Source of the DNA: Candidatus Krumholzibacteriia bacterium
Lineage (GTDB): Bacteria > Krumholzibacteriota > Krumholzibacteriia > LZORAL124-64-63
Assembly (NCBI GenBank): GCA_024762975.1
Contig: JANTGJ010000002.1
Span: forward strand, 5,235 to 69,234
Length of the DNA stretch: 64,000 nt
Reading direction: 5' to 3'
The translations under genes and the position numbers were made by a program. The notes beneath the pieces are model-generated. The model did not search any database. It saw only the letters and a program-made list of their open reading frames with translations, and was not told where the DNA came from. The number at the start of each line of letters is the position of its first letter. Within the stretch, counting starts at the first letter, position 1. This document shows positions 27,916 through 36,441 of this stretch, piece by piece.

Positions 27916-28584
27916 CTAGCGGAACAGCGCCTTGATGCTGTCGAGCGTGATCGGTTCGCTCGCTACCGGCGACGGGGTCGAGATCGTGTCGACAAGGATC
28001 TGCTGAACGTCCGTGTACGGTGGAATGTCGAGATAGATGTGTTCACGATCCGGGTTCGGTTGCAGCACCCAGTACTCTACCCGCCGGCCCGGTTCGGTGG
28101 GGAGGATGTCGGCCAACTGGCCGTAGCTCGGGTTGGTCCACGAGCCGTCCATCGGATCCGGGCCGACGACACTGTTGACCCAGGGAGTGCCCTGCCCACC
28201 GTAGGTGATCTGGATCCAGAGGTGTTTGTAGGGGTATTCGTCGATCCAGTTGACCAGGTAGAAGTCGATCTGGCCCGGTTCTTCGAGCGTGAAGGCCTCG
28301 CCCGGCCGCCAGAAGACGGTGTCGGTGAAGTGCGCGTGGGTGAATGCGTTGCCCAGCGTGTGTGCCCCGCCATCACCGACCGTGACCAACTGGTCGGGCG
28401 GGTAGTTGTAGTGGTTGTACGGGTCGACTGTAAAGTCGGTGACGAAATCCCATTCGGCCATCACCGTCAGTTCGTCGCCCCGGAACTCGGGCGGCAGGAA
28501 GTCGTCGGCCATGGCCAAGTTGCATCCAAGCGCTGCGGCGGTCAGTGCCGCCGTCGTGATCAGGAATCTCTGGAACCATCCCAT
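27916..28584 (-). CDS. Hypothetical secreted protein (222 aa).
   Basis: ATG at 28582-28584 after AGGGGGAAA. Signal peptide MGWFQRFLITTAALTAAALGCNLAMA. Aromatic-rich (NHYNYPPDQ, WIDEYPYKHLW). No family recognised. The upstream part of the ORF-track ORF is non-coding. Confidence 0.65.
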   Translation of the reverse strand: MGWFQRFLITTAALTAAALGCNLAMADDFLPPEFRGDELTVMAEWDFVTDFTVDPYNHYNYPPDQLVTVGDGGAHTLGNAFTHAHFTDTVFWRPGEAFTLEEPGQIDFYLVNWIDEYPYKHLWIQITYGGQGTPWVNSVVGPDPMDGSWTNPSYGQLADILPTEPGRRVEYWVLQPNPDREHIYLDIPPYTDVQQILVDTISTPSPVASEPITLDSIKALFR

Positions 28585-28812
28585 GTCGTTTCCCCCTCTG
28601 GTTTCGTTCGTTGAAACACCGGATTCGTGCGGCCCGGTGGAGTCCCCCGGGCCTTCCCTCGCCCCGGTCGTTTTCCGGTGCTGACGAGTCTTACAAAAAA
28701 ATTTCGGACCGAACCGGTGAGCGTCCGGGCCAAATCGGCTTGTCCCCAATTGCGGGCGGTGATAGGTTCGGAAATCGAACAGGGACGGAACGAATGAGAA
28801 GAGGAGGACGCC

Positions 28813-30498
28813 ATGGAGCGAGTCTGGCACCGCCAATACGAAGAGGGTGTCCCGACATCGGTACCCGCTTCGGAGCAGACCGTGGTCGATGCGATGTACC
28901 GGTCCGCCGAGCGCTTTGCCGATCGCCCCGCCCTGAGCTTCAAGGGCAAGACCTTCACCTACGCCAGATTGCGCGAGATGGTCGACCGGCTGGCCACCGG
29001 GCTGGCGGATCTGGGAGTGGAAAAGAACAGTCGTGTCGCCTTGTGGTTGCCGAATCTGCCGCAGATGGTGATCGGCTACTACGCGACGCTGCGCCTGGGC
29101 GCGCAGGTGGTCAACACGAACCCGCTCTACGTCGAGCGCGAGATCGAACATCAGTTCAACGATGCCGGGGTGACGCACGTCATCACACTCGATTACCTGT
29201 GGATGGGCAAGCTGCGCGGCATCCGGGACAGGACCCGGGTCGAGCACGTCATTGTCACCTCGATTCCCGACTATCTGCCCTTCCCGCTGAACTTCCTGGC
29301 TCCGCTGAAGCTGCGCAAAACCGGACAGATCGCGAAGGTGAAGCGGGAGCCGGGTGTCCACTTGTTCAAGGAAGTGCTGCGCGATCACGCCCCGAATCCG
29401 CCCGCGGTCGAAGTGCGGCCCGGCGACCTGGCGCTGCTGCAATACACCGGCGGTACGACCGGGGTCAGCAAGGGTGCGATGCTGACACACGCCAACGTCG
29501 AAACGAATGCTCGCCAGTGCGCCGCCTGGTTCCCGTTCGTGCGCGAGGGAGAGGAAGTGTTGCTGGGCTGTCTGCCCTACTTCCACGTCTTCGGCATGAC
29601 GGTTTCGATGAACTGGCCGATCCTGGTCGGTATGCACATCGTGCTGGCACCGAATCCCCGTGACATTTCCGACCTGGTCAAGAGTATCACGAAACAGAAG
29701 GTCACGATTTTTCCGGCCGTACCGGCACTCTATGTCGCGATCAACGAATTTCCGGGCGTGGACCAGCTGGATCTGTCCAGTATTCGCGGCTGTTTCTCGG
29801 GCTCGGCGCCGTTGCCGGTCGATGTACTGGAACGATTCGAGCGTATGACCGGCGGCAAGATCACCGAGGGCTTCGGCCTGACCGAGACTTCACCCGTGAC
29901 GCATGCCAATCCGCTGAACGGCCTGCGCAAGCCCGGTACCGTGGGCGTCCCGTTTCCCGGAACGGATTCGAAGATCGTCGACGTCCAGGACGGGGATTCG
30001 GAAATGCCGGTCGGCGAGGCCGGAGAGCTGATCATCAGGGGACCGCAGGTCATGGCCGGCTACTGGAATCGTCCCTCGGCGACGGCCCAGACCTTGCGCG
30101 ACGGTTGGGTCTATACCGGCGATCTGGCCATCGCCGACGAGGACGGCTACGTGCAGATCGTCGGCCGCAAGAAGGACATGATCGTCGTCAGCGGCTTCAA
30201 TGTGTATCCCGACGAGGTGGACGCGGTGCTGATCTCGCATCCGGCCGTCCTGGAGTGCGCCACGATCGGCATCCCCGATCCCAAGCGCGGTGAGACCGTC
30301 AAGTCGTTCCTCGTCCTGGTCGAGGGGCAATCGGTGACGACCGAGGAAATCCGCGAGTTTTGCAAGAGCCAGCTGGCGCCCTACAAGGTGCCCTGGTATG
30401 TGGAGTTCCTCGATGAATTGCCCAAAAGCAGCATGATGAAAATCCTGCGCAAGGACCTGCGCGCCCAGGAGACCGGCGAACAGCCGGAAGAGGCCTGA
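28813..30498 (+). CDS. Long-chain-fatty-acid--CoA ligase (FadD-type), paralogue of 21779-23566.
   Basis: GAGGAGGA RBS. YTGGTTGVSKGA AMP motif, GFGLTET, VVSGFNVYP. Confidence 0.9.
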   Translation: MERVWHRQYEEGVPTSVPASEQTVVDAMYRSAERFADRPALSFKGKTFTYARLREMVDRLATGLADLGVEKNSRVALWLPNLPQMVIGYYATLRLGAQVVNTNPLYVEREIEHQFNDAGVTHVITLDYLWMGKLRGIRDRTRVEHVIVTSIPDYLPFPLNFLAPLKLRKTGQIAKVKREPGVHLFKEVLRDHAPNPPAVEVRPGDLALLQYTGGTTGVSKGAMLTHANVETNARQCAAWFPFVREGEEVLLGCLPYFHVFGMTVSMNWPILVGMHIVLAPNPRDISDLVKSITKQKVTIFPAVPALYVAINEFPGVDQLDLSSIRGCFSGSAPLPVDVLERFERMTGGKITEGFGLTETSPVTHANPLNGLRKPGTVGVPFPGTDSKIVDVQDGDSEMPVGEAGELIIRGPQVMAGYWNRPSATAQTLRDGWVYTGDLAIADEDGYVQIVGRKKDMIVVSGFNVYPDEVDAVLISHPAVLECATIGIPDPKRGETVKSFLVLVEGQSVTTEEIREFCKSQLAPYKVPWYVEFLDELPKSSMMKILRKDLRAQETGEQPEEA

Positions 30499-30512
30499 AA
30501 AGAAGGATCTCG

Positions 30513-31967
30513 ATGAGTGCAACCGACAGACCCCGCATCCTGGTGGGTCCGTTCCTGGAACCACAGTGGTCGGAGTACATGGGGCAGGCCTTTGACGATT
30601 TCGACACGCTGACTTTCGGCGCCTGGGAGGGAAGCGACCTGCGCACGGGGCTGAATCCGGTCCTGAACGATATCCTGGCCGTGCTGCCGGAGGGATGGAC
30701 TCCGGATCTCTTCGTACTGTGGCGTCCGGAATACGGTACCATTCCGCGCGGTCTCGAGGACGCTCCGTTTCCCACCTCGGCCTGGATCAGTGACTGGTAT
30801 CTCGCGTTTTCCGATTGCCTCGAGGCCGCCTGGAGAGTCGATACGCTGGTCACCGGCACGCGCGGCGAGCGCATCTACCGGGCCGCCGGTTTCGACCACG
30901 TGATCGCCCTGCCCATGCTGGGGTACGATCCACGATTGGACGGACAATTCGGCCTGCCGCACGCCGAGCGCGATATCGATGTCTACTGCGGCAGCAATCC
31001 GAACTGGAAGGTCCACGCCGAGCGGGCGCGAGTGCACGAACGCATGCGCCAGTTGCCGGATTCCGTGAATCTGATCGAGGGCGGCTTCGTCGATCGTGAG
31101 GAGTTCAATCGTCGGATGGGGCGGGCGAGGATTTTCGTCAACCAGACGGTGATCGGCGAGATCAACATGAAGGTCTACGAGGCCACGGCGTCGGGCACCT
31201 GTCTCTTCGTCGAAGACACCAATCTGGATATACGCGACTACCTGACGGACGGCGAGTCGGTGGTACTCTTCAATCGCGACAATATCAACGGGAAGTTGCT
31301 GTACTATCTCGAGCACGAGGACGAGCGGGCTCGCATTGCCGATGCCGGTCGCGAACGGATGAAACCGTACACCTACCGCACCAATGCCCGGACCATCGTC
31401 GAACGGCTACTGGCCCGGGGCCTGCGCTCCGGGGGGAGGCCCATCGTCGAACTGTCGGCTCGTGAGCGTCTGGAAGGACTGGCGGGTTTCGGGCTGCGCC
31501 ACAACGGGGGCGACTGGCTGGCGCTGCTGCCGCTTTGCGCCGAACTGGGCCCCGAACCTCGCCCACAGCTGATTCTGGCCTGCGCCCAGTACGCCGCACG
31601 GGTGCTGACCCGGGCGCCCGGGGTGTGGAGCGACCCACAGATACTTCGGGCCTTCGCGGCGGTGGCGAACGCCGCGCCCCATTACCTGCCGGCCTGGTAT
31701 TGTTGGACGAAGATCGCCGTCGAACACCTGGAGCCGGGGACCGGTGCCCGGGCACTCGAGCGCACCGAGGAAATGCTGCGGAGCGGTTGCCCTGTTCCCT
31801 TCTCGATGGCCGATCCCTACTTGGCCATGGAGCAGAATCGCCGTTTCATCTTCGAGCGGACGGCCTGGGAGGCCTTGGAAGCGGGCAAGTCCATCGACGA
31901 TGCGCTGCGGCCCCTCCTGCTCGAGGAATTGGTCGAGGTCCGCGCCAAATTGACGGCCCGTTCCTGA
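30513..31967 (+). CDS. CgeB-like glycosyltransferase (DUF3880 / GT1-like C-terminal domain).
   Basis: IDVYCGSNPNWKVHAERARVHERM...RIFVNQTVIGEINMKVYEATASGTCLFVED...LYYLEHEDERARIADAGRERM...HTYRTNA matches the CgeB family. About 150-aa extra C-terminal region. Confidence 0.75.
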   Translation: MSATDRPRILVGPFLEPQWSEYMGQAFDDFDTLTFGAWEGSDLRTGLNPVLNDILAVLPEGWTPDLFVLWRPEYGTIPRGLEDAPFPTSAWISDWYLAFSDCLEAAWRVDTLVTGTRGERIYRAAGFDHVIALPMLGYDPRLDGQFGLPHAERDIDVYCGSNPNWKVHAERARVHERMRQLPDSVNLIEGGFVDREEFNRRMGRARIFVNQTVIGEINMKVYEATASGTCLFVEDTNLDIRDYLTDGESVVLFNRDNINGKLLYYLEHEDERARIADAGRERMKPYTYRTNARTIVERLLARGLRSGGRPIVELSARERLEGLAGFGLRHNGGDWLALLPLCAELGPEPRPQLILACAQYAARVLTRAPGVWSDPQILRAFAAVANAAPHYLPAWYCWTKIAVEHLEPGTGARALERTEEMLRSGCPVPFSMADPYLAMEQNRRFIFERTAWEALEAGKSIDDALRPLLLEELVEVRAKLTARS

Positions 31968-32044
31968 GAGGCAACATTTTCCGTCGCTCGCGCGTCTGAA
32001 GGCGTGTTGTATCCCTCGTTCGCCTATTCCGGAGACGAAATTGC

Positions 32045-33313
32045 ATGACGATCCATCGAACGCTGCTGGCTTCCGTACTGATGTTGCTGATCGCTTCGGT
32101 TGCCGCCGGCGTTGCCGCCGAACCGAACCCCTCGGCCGGTTTCATTCACGCCACCGTGACCTGGCCCTCGGGCCAATCGCGCAGCGGCTACCTGCGTTGG
32201 GAGAATGAGGAAGCGTATTGGGACGATCTGTTCCACAGCGGTTACCGCGATGCCGTCTGGGGCGAATACGTGGATCTGGACGAGATGAAAAAGCTGAAGC
32301 GGGACGAATATTTCAAGACCCATGGGCTGCTCGATCGACTGGCTTATGCATTGAACGAGGACGATGACGATGTACTGGGCCGGCTGATTTTTGTGAGCCG
32401 TTTCGGAGACCTTCGCGCCATCGAGATCCACGACGGCGACGACGATTTCGTTGTCACTGCCGATGGAGCCCGGCATCAGATTGGCGGATATGCACGCGAC
32501 GCCGGTTCGCCACTGCTGCTGTACGTGGCCGGGGAGGACCAGCCGAAACGGATTCGCTGGAACGATCTGGCGAGGATCGAATTCTCACCTGCGCCGGTCG
32601 ACCAGGAACCGTATGCGGAGCGTCTGTGGGGCACACTGGAGACGACCGGCGGCACCTTCGAGGGCTTCATTCAGTGGGACAAATCGGAGAATACGAGCCG
32701 GGACGAACTGGATGGCCAGGACGACGAAGGCAACGACGTGGAATTGCCCATGGGGCGGATCCGCTCGATCTCCAAGACCCGTCAGAACACCGCGCGTGTC
32801 GAAACGACGGATGGCCGGATTCAGGTGCTCCGAGGTACGAACGATGTGAATTCGGACAACCGCGGCATCATGATCGAGGTCGAGGAAGTGGGTAAGATCA
32901 CCGTTCCCTGGAATCGATTCGAGCGCGTGACCTTTGAAAGCGGCCACGGCAGCGGCCGGGGGCGGGAATCCTATGATCACGCCGCGACCCTGTCCGGGAC
33001 GCTGCGAACGCACGAGGGGGAAGCGATGTCGGGGCAGCTGGTGCTGGATCTGGACGAGGGCTTTGCCTGGGACCTCTTCAACGGCACGGATCGCGACGGA
33101 TTGGACTACGACATTCCGCTGCACGAGATCGTTCGTCTGCAACCGGGGGATGAGGGGACCTGTCGGGTGACGCTTCGGTCGGGAGCCGAGCTGGTGTTGC
33201 AGGGGCAGCAGGACACGGGTATCCGGAATCGCGGGGCCCTGGTCTTTGCAGGCGACGGACGACCCGAGCATGTGGTCTGGAGTCGCATCGAATCGATCGA
33301 ACTGGATCCCTAG
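32045..33313 (+). CDS. Hypothetical secreted protein with internally repeated acidic modules.
   Basis: Signal peptide MTIHRTLLASVLMLLIASVAAGVAA. Three related segments of about 90 aa (…GDLRAIEIHDGDDDFVV…, …GTLETTGGTFEGFIQWDKSE…, …GTLRTHEGEAMSGQLVLDLDE…). Unusually rich in Asp and Glu. Confidence 0.7.
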   Translation: MTIHRTLLASVLMLLIASVAAGVAAEPNPSAGFIHATVTWPSGQSRSGYLRWENEEAYWDDLFHSGYRDAVWGEYVDLDEMKKLKRDEYFKTHGLLDRLAYALNEDDDDVLGRLIFVSRFGDLRAIEIHDGDDDFVVTADGARHQIGGYARDAGSPLLLYVAGEDQPKRIRWNDLARIEFSPAPVDQEPYAERLWGTLETTGGTFEGFIQWDKSENTSRDELDGQDDEGNDVELPMGRIRSISKTRQNTARVETTDGRIQVLRGTNDVNSDNRGIMIEVEEVGKITVPWNRFERVTFESGHGSGRGRESYDHAATLSGTLRTHEGEAMSGQLVLDLDEGFAWDLFNGTDRDGLDYDIPLHEIVRLQPGDEGTCRVTLRSGAELVLQGQQDTGIRNRGALVFAGDGRPEHVVWSRIESIELDP

Positions 33314-33317
33314 CCCG

Positions 33318-34439
33318 CTAGAGCATCCCGGCCTTGCGCGCCAGAGCCTCGCATTTGTCGGCAATCAAGGCGTACTCCGGCAGGCTGGGAATCAACTCGG
33401 TCACACGCCGGCCGACCGGAATCGCCTCGACGATACGTCGCGTGTTGACCAGGATCTGGCATTCGATTTTCAGCAACAGCGGATCCTCGCCGAAGCGGCG
33501 CTTGGCTTCGTTCAGCACCGGTTCGGCGGCGGAATAGTCCTTCTGCGAAAGCATCAACTGTAGCCGGCCGGTCCAGCCGAAGAGCCAATCCGGATTCTCG
33601 CGCGTGGTGCGCTGCATTACCTGCAGGGCCTCGTCGATGCGATCGTCCTCGGCATACAGTTTGGCCAGCATCACGCGCACGCGGCTGAGGATCGGGCCAT
33701 CGCCCTGGTGGGCGTGCAACTCCTCCAACCAGGGAATCGACTCGCGCGCCCGGCCCTCCTGGATCAGGATGTACGCCAACTCGAGTCGCGCTTTCCAATC
33801 GTCCGGATTCTCCTGTACCTTGCGCCGAACCAGGCGCCCGTAGAACTCGTTGCGTGCGTCATTGTGTTCCTTGCTGCCCACATAGCCGTAGTGATGAACC
33901 GGGACCTCGAGCAGGGCGGCGGTCAGGCCCAGACGTTCCATCGAGGGCGCGAGATCCTCGTGCACGCGGCCTTCCCAGTAGAGGCCGTCGCGGACCGGGA
34001 GCAGGCGGTACTGCTCGGCGGCGAAAAAGCCGGTCTGTCCGCGTTCCTCGTCCGGATAGCGACCGCTGACCGGTTGCCACTCCTGATGCTCCTGCCGGTT
34101 GTAGTAGTTCCACTGGGCACAGAGGTAGCAGTGGTCGCGTGACCCGAGGGTCGCTTCGCGAAGCGTGGAAAAATCAGAACGCGCGATGCGCTCGTCGATA
34201 TCCAGGACGAAGGCCCAGTCGCCCGTCGCCGCGGCAAGCGACGCGTTGCGCGCGGCAGCGAAATCGTCATCCCACTCGTGGTGCAGTACACGAGCGCCGG
34301 CGGCCTCGGCCAAGGCGACCGTGTCGTCCGTGGAGCCGGTATCCACGAGCACCATCTCGTCGAAGAGGTCGCGGTGGTGTTCAAGAAAGGCCGTGATTTC
34401 GGCGGCCTCGTTTTTGGCGATCGCGATCAGGGACAGCAT
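33318..34439 (-). CDS. Family-2 glycosyltransferase with C-terminal TPR repeats.
   Basis: LSLIAIAKNEAAEITAFLEH...VLVDTGSTDDT...VLDIDERI are GT2 DxD-type motifs. The C-terminal half is TPR-like helical repeats. Confidence 0.85.
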   Translation of the reverse strand: MLSLIAIAKNEAAEITAFLEHHRDLFDEMVLVDTGSTDDTVALAEAAGARVLHHEWDDDFAAARNASLAAATGDWAFVLDIDERIARSDFSTLREATLGSRDHCYLCAQWNYYNRQEHQEWQPVSGRYPDEERGQTGFFAAEQYRLLPVRDGLYWEGRVHEDLAPSMERLGLTAALLEVPVHHYGYVGSKEHNDARNEFYGRLVRRKVQENPDDWKARLELAYILIQEGRARESIPWLEELHAHQGDGPILSRVRVMLAKLYAEDDRIDEALQVMQRTTRENPDWLFGWTGRLQLMLSQKDYSAAEPVLNEAKRRFGEDPLLLKIECQILVNTRRIVEAIPVGRRVTELIPSLPEYALIADKCEALARKAGML

Positions 34440-34629
34440 TCGCTTCTCCCGGAGAAGGTGGTTGGATCCGGGGGACGGGTATCAAGTGGCGTGCCGGAAT
34501 CGGCCCCTGGAGAAGATGGTAACACGCAGTGCGGGAACGAGTTGCAATCCGCGGGTCGTGGGTATGCCAGGAGTGGTGAGGAAACGGCAAATTTTCGGGC
34601 ACCGGGCGGTCAGGATCCTCGGATCCGTG

Positions 34630-36441
34630 TTACCGCAGCAGGACACGGAATTTGAGCGTAAATCGGGGCGCTCCGGACGGTCCGAGGGCGGGAAACACAC
34701 CCCCCGGAGTGATCCGCAGGTGCGTGATCTGCTTGTCGCAGCCGTTCGCGTCGATGCGGGGACGATAGCGCCAATTTCGACCGTTGCGTGAGAACTGCAG
34801 GTCATCCCGGCGATTGCGCAGGCCCCGGTAGTCGAAGACCAGTCCGCTCGTCGGGGAGCCGTCCTGGAACAGGACCGGTCCCGATCCGGCTCCGTCGATA
34901 TCCTCGACGCAGAGCGAAGTGCCCACCGGAACGGGGACGGTCAGCACTACCGATCCATCATCCACATCACTGGGCAACTGGTTCGATACTTCCACCGTGT
35001 AGAGGAGATGGGCGCCGGGGATGGCCTTGGGATTCGAGGTGCCGTTGACCGGGTCGTCCTGGACCTCGGTAAACTGTACGGCCACGACTTCGGCGGGCAG
35101 ACCGTCGACGGTGAAGGTGTGGGAGTCGCTGTTGTCGGCGAGGTCGTAGTCGAACTCCACGCCGGACACGGTGCCGGACACCGTTTGGCTTCCGGCGGCG
35201 GAGAACGTCGGTCGTACCTGGAGGTCAAAGCCCTGCGTCGATCCGGCCGGCAGGGACGACGGCGCGCGGAAAACGAAGGTCGGCGCGGAGGAGGAGTCCA
35301 TCAACCAGCCGTCACTGGCACCCAGCACGGTCAGGTCGGACGAAAGTGTAACCGTCACCTGCACCGGACCGGATTCTTCACTGGGACCGGCATTGTTCAC
35401 ATCGACGCGGATCAACCCATCGCGATCGACGGCCAGGGTCGAGGGAGTCGAGAGGCGTAGCGACAGGTTGGCGCTGGGCGCGTTCGAAACCGCGATCACC
35501 TCGGCCGACAGCAGGACCAGGTCCTGCCCCGAGCGGTACACCGCCGTTGCGCTCGAATCCCCCGCGTGCAGCAGCGGGCCAATATCGTAGACGTCGAAAT
35601 CCACGCCCCATTCGGATGTGCTGCCCAGCACATTGATCGTCGAGTTGAACTGGTTGTTGGCCGGATTGTAGCCGTCGGACAACGCCGTGCCATTGAAGAG
35701 CATGCTTTCGCTGAATCCGCCCAGCGCGTTCGAGTTCTCCGAATCGCCCTCCCAGGTCAAGTGGCTGGCCTGACCACTGATGCCGCTGGCGGCGATGCGG
35801 AAATTGTTCATCGTCAAGGAAATCTCGCCGCCGCGGTAGTATTCGAACCCGTCATAGATGTTTACGATCTGGTTGGGTCCGCCCGGCTGGTTGTAGACGA
35901 CGATCAATGACCAGCCGGCCACAACGGCCTGCACGGGGCAGTGCGGCCAGTCGGTATTGACGCTCAGTCCGGAGAAGGTGTAGACGCCGTTGCCCTTGGC
36001 CGCGACCTGGGCGGTCACGTCCTCGAAGCCGGAAAAGAAATCGTAGTCGTTGCCGTTGTAGCTGAAAGTCTCGGTAAAGATCCGGTCGGCCTGTACTGCC
36101 TGACCATCGAAGACGACATCCTGGTCCGGCATCGTCTGCGTCGACCACCCGTTATTCGAGTAGGAGCCGGCCCAGTACAGATAGGCGGCCTCAACCGAAG
36201 CTCCGGCCGGGATGCCGCTCAGCAGACCGCTGTCCGAACCGCCGACGGCGCAGGCATCGCCGGAATTCGAGGACGTGCGCAAGGTGCCGCCGGTGCCTAC
36301 GTAGTCGACCGCCCCGGCGTGGGTGCGGTACAGCGATAGCGGCGTGCCCGCCCGAGCGGTTTCGGCGCCGACCAGCAACGCGATCGCCAACAGTGCGGCA
36401 ACCGGGATCCAAGGGAGTCTGTGATCAATGCAGCATCGCAC
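34630..36441 (-). CDS. Secreted protein (603 aa): N-terminal beta-rich domain of about 300 aa of unclear family, one DUF11-type repeat, and a C-terminal tail.
   Basis: GTG start at 36441. Signal peptide ending ETARA. DUF11 block NGTSNPKAIPGAHLLYTVEVSNQ... shared with the 355-aa protein. Ends FTLKFRVLLR. Confidence 0.8.
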   Translation of the reverse strand: MRCCIDHRLPWIPVAALLAIALLVGAETARAGTPLSLYRTHAGAVDYVGTGGTLRTSSNSGDACAVGGSDSGLLSGIPAGASVEAAYLYWAGSYSNNGWSTQTMPDQDVVFDGQAVQADRIFTETFSYNGNDYDFFSGFEDVTAQVAAKGNGVYTFSGLSVNTDWPHCPVQAVVAGWSLIVVYNQPGGPNQIVNIYDGFEYYRGGEISLTMNNFRIAASGISGQASHLTWEGDSENSNALGGFSESMLFNGTALSDGYNPANNQFNSTINVLGSTSEWGVDFDVYDIGPLLHAGDSSATAVYRSGQDLVLLSAEVIAVSNAPSANLSLRLSTPSTLAVDRDGLIRVDVNNAGPSEESGPVQVTVTLSSDLTVLGASDGWLMDSSSAPTFVFRAPSSLPAGSTQGFDLQVRPTFSAAGSQTVSGTVSGVEFDYDLADNSDSHTFTVDGLPAEVVAVQFTEVQDDPVNGTSNPKAIPGAHLLYTVEVSNQLPSDVDDGSVVLTVPVPVGTSLCVEDIDGAGSGPVLFQDGSPTSGLVFDYRGLRNRRDDLQFSRNGRNWRYRPRIDANGCDKQITHLRITPGGVFPALGPSGAPRFTLKFRVLLR

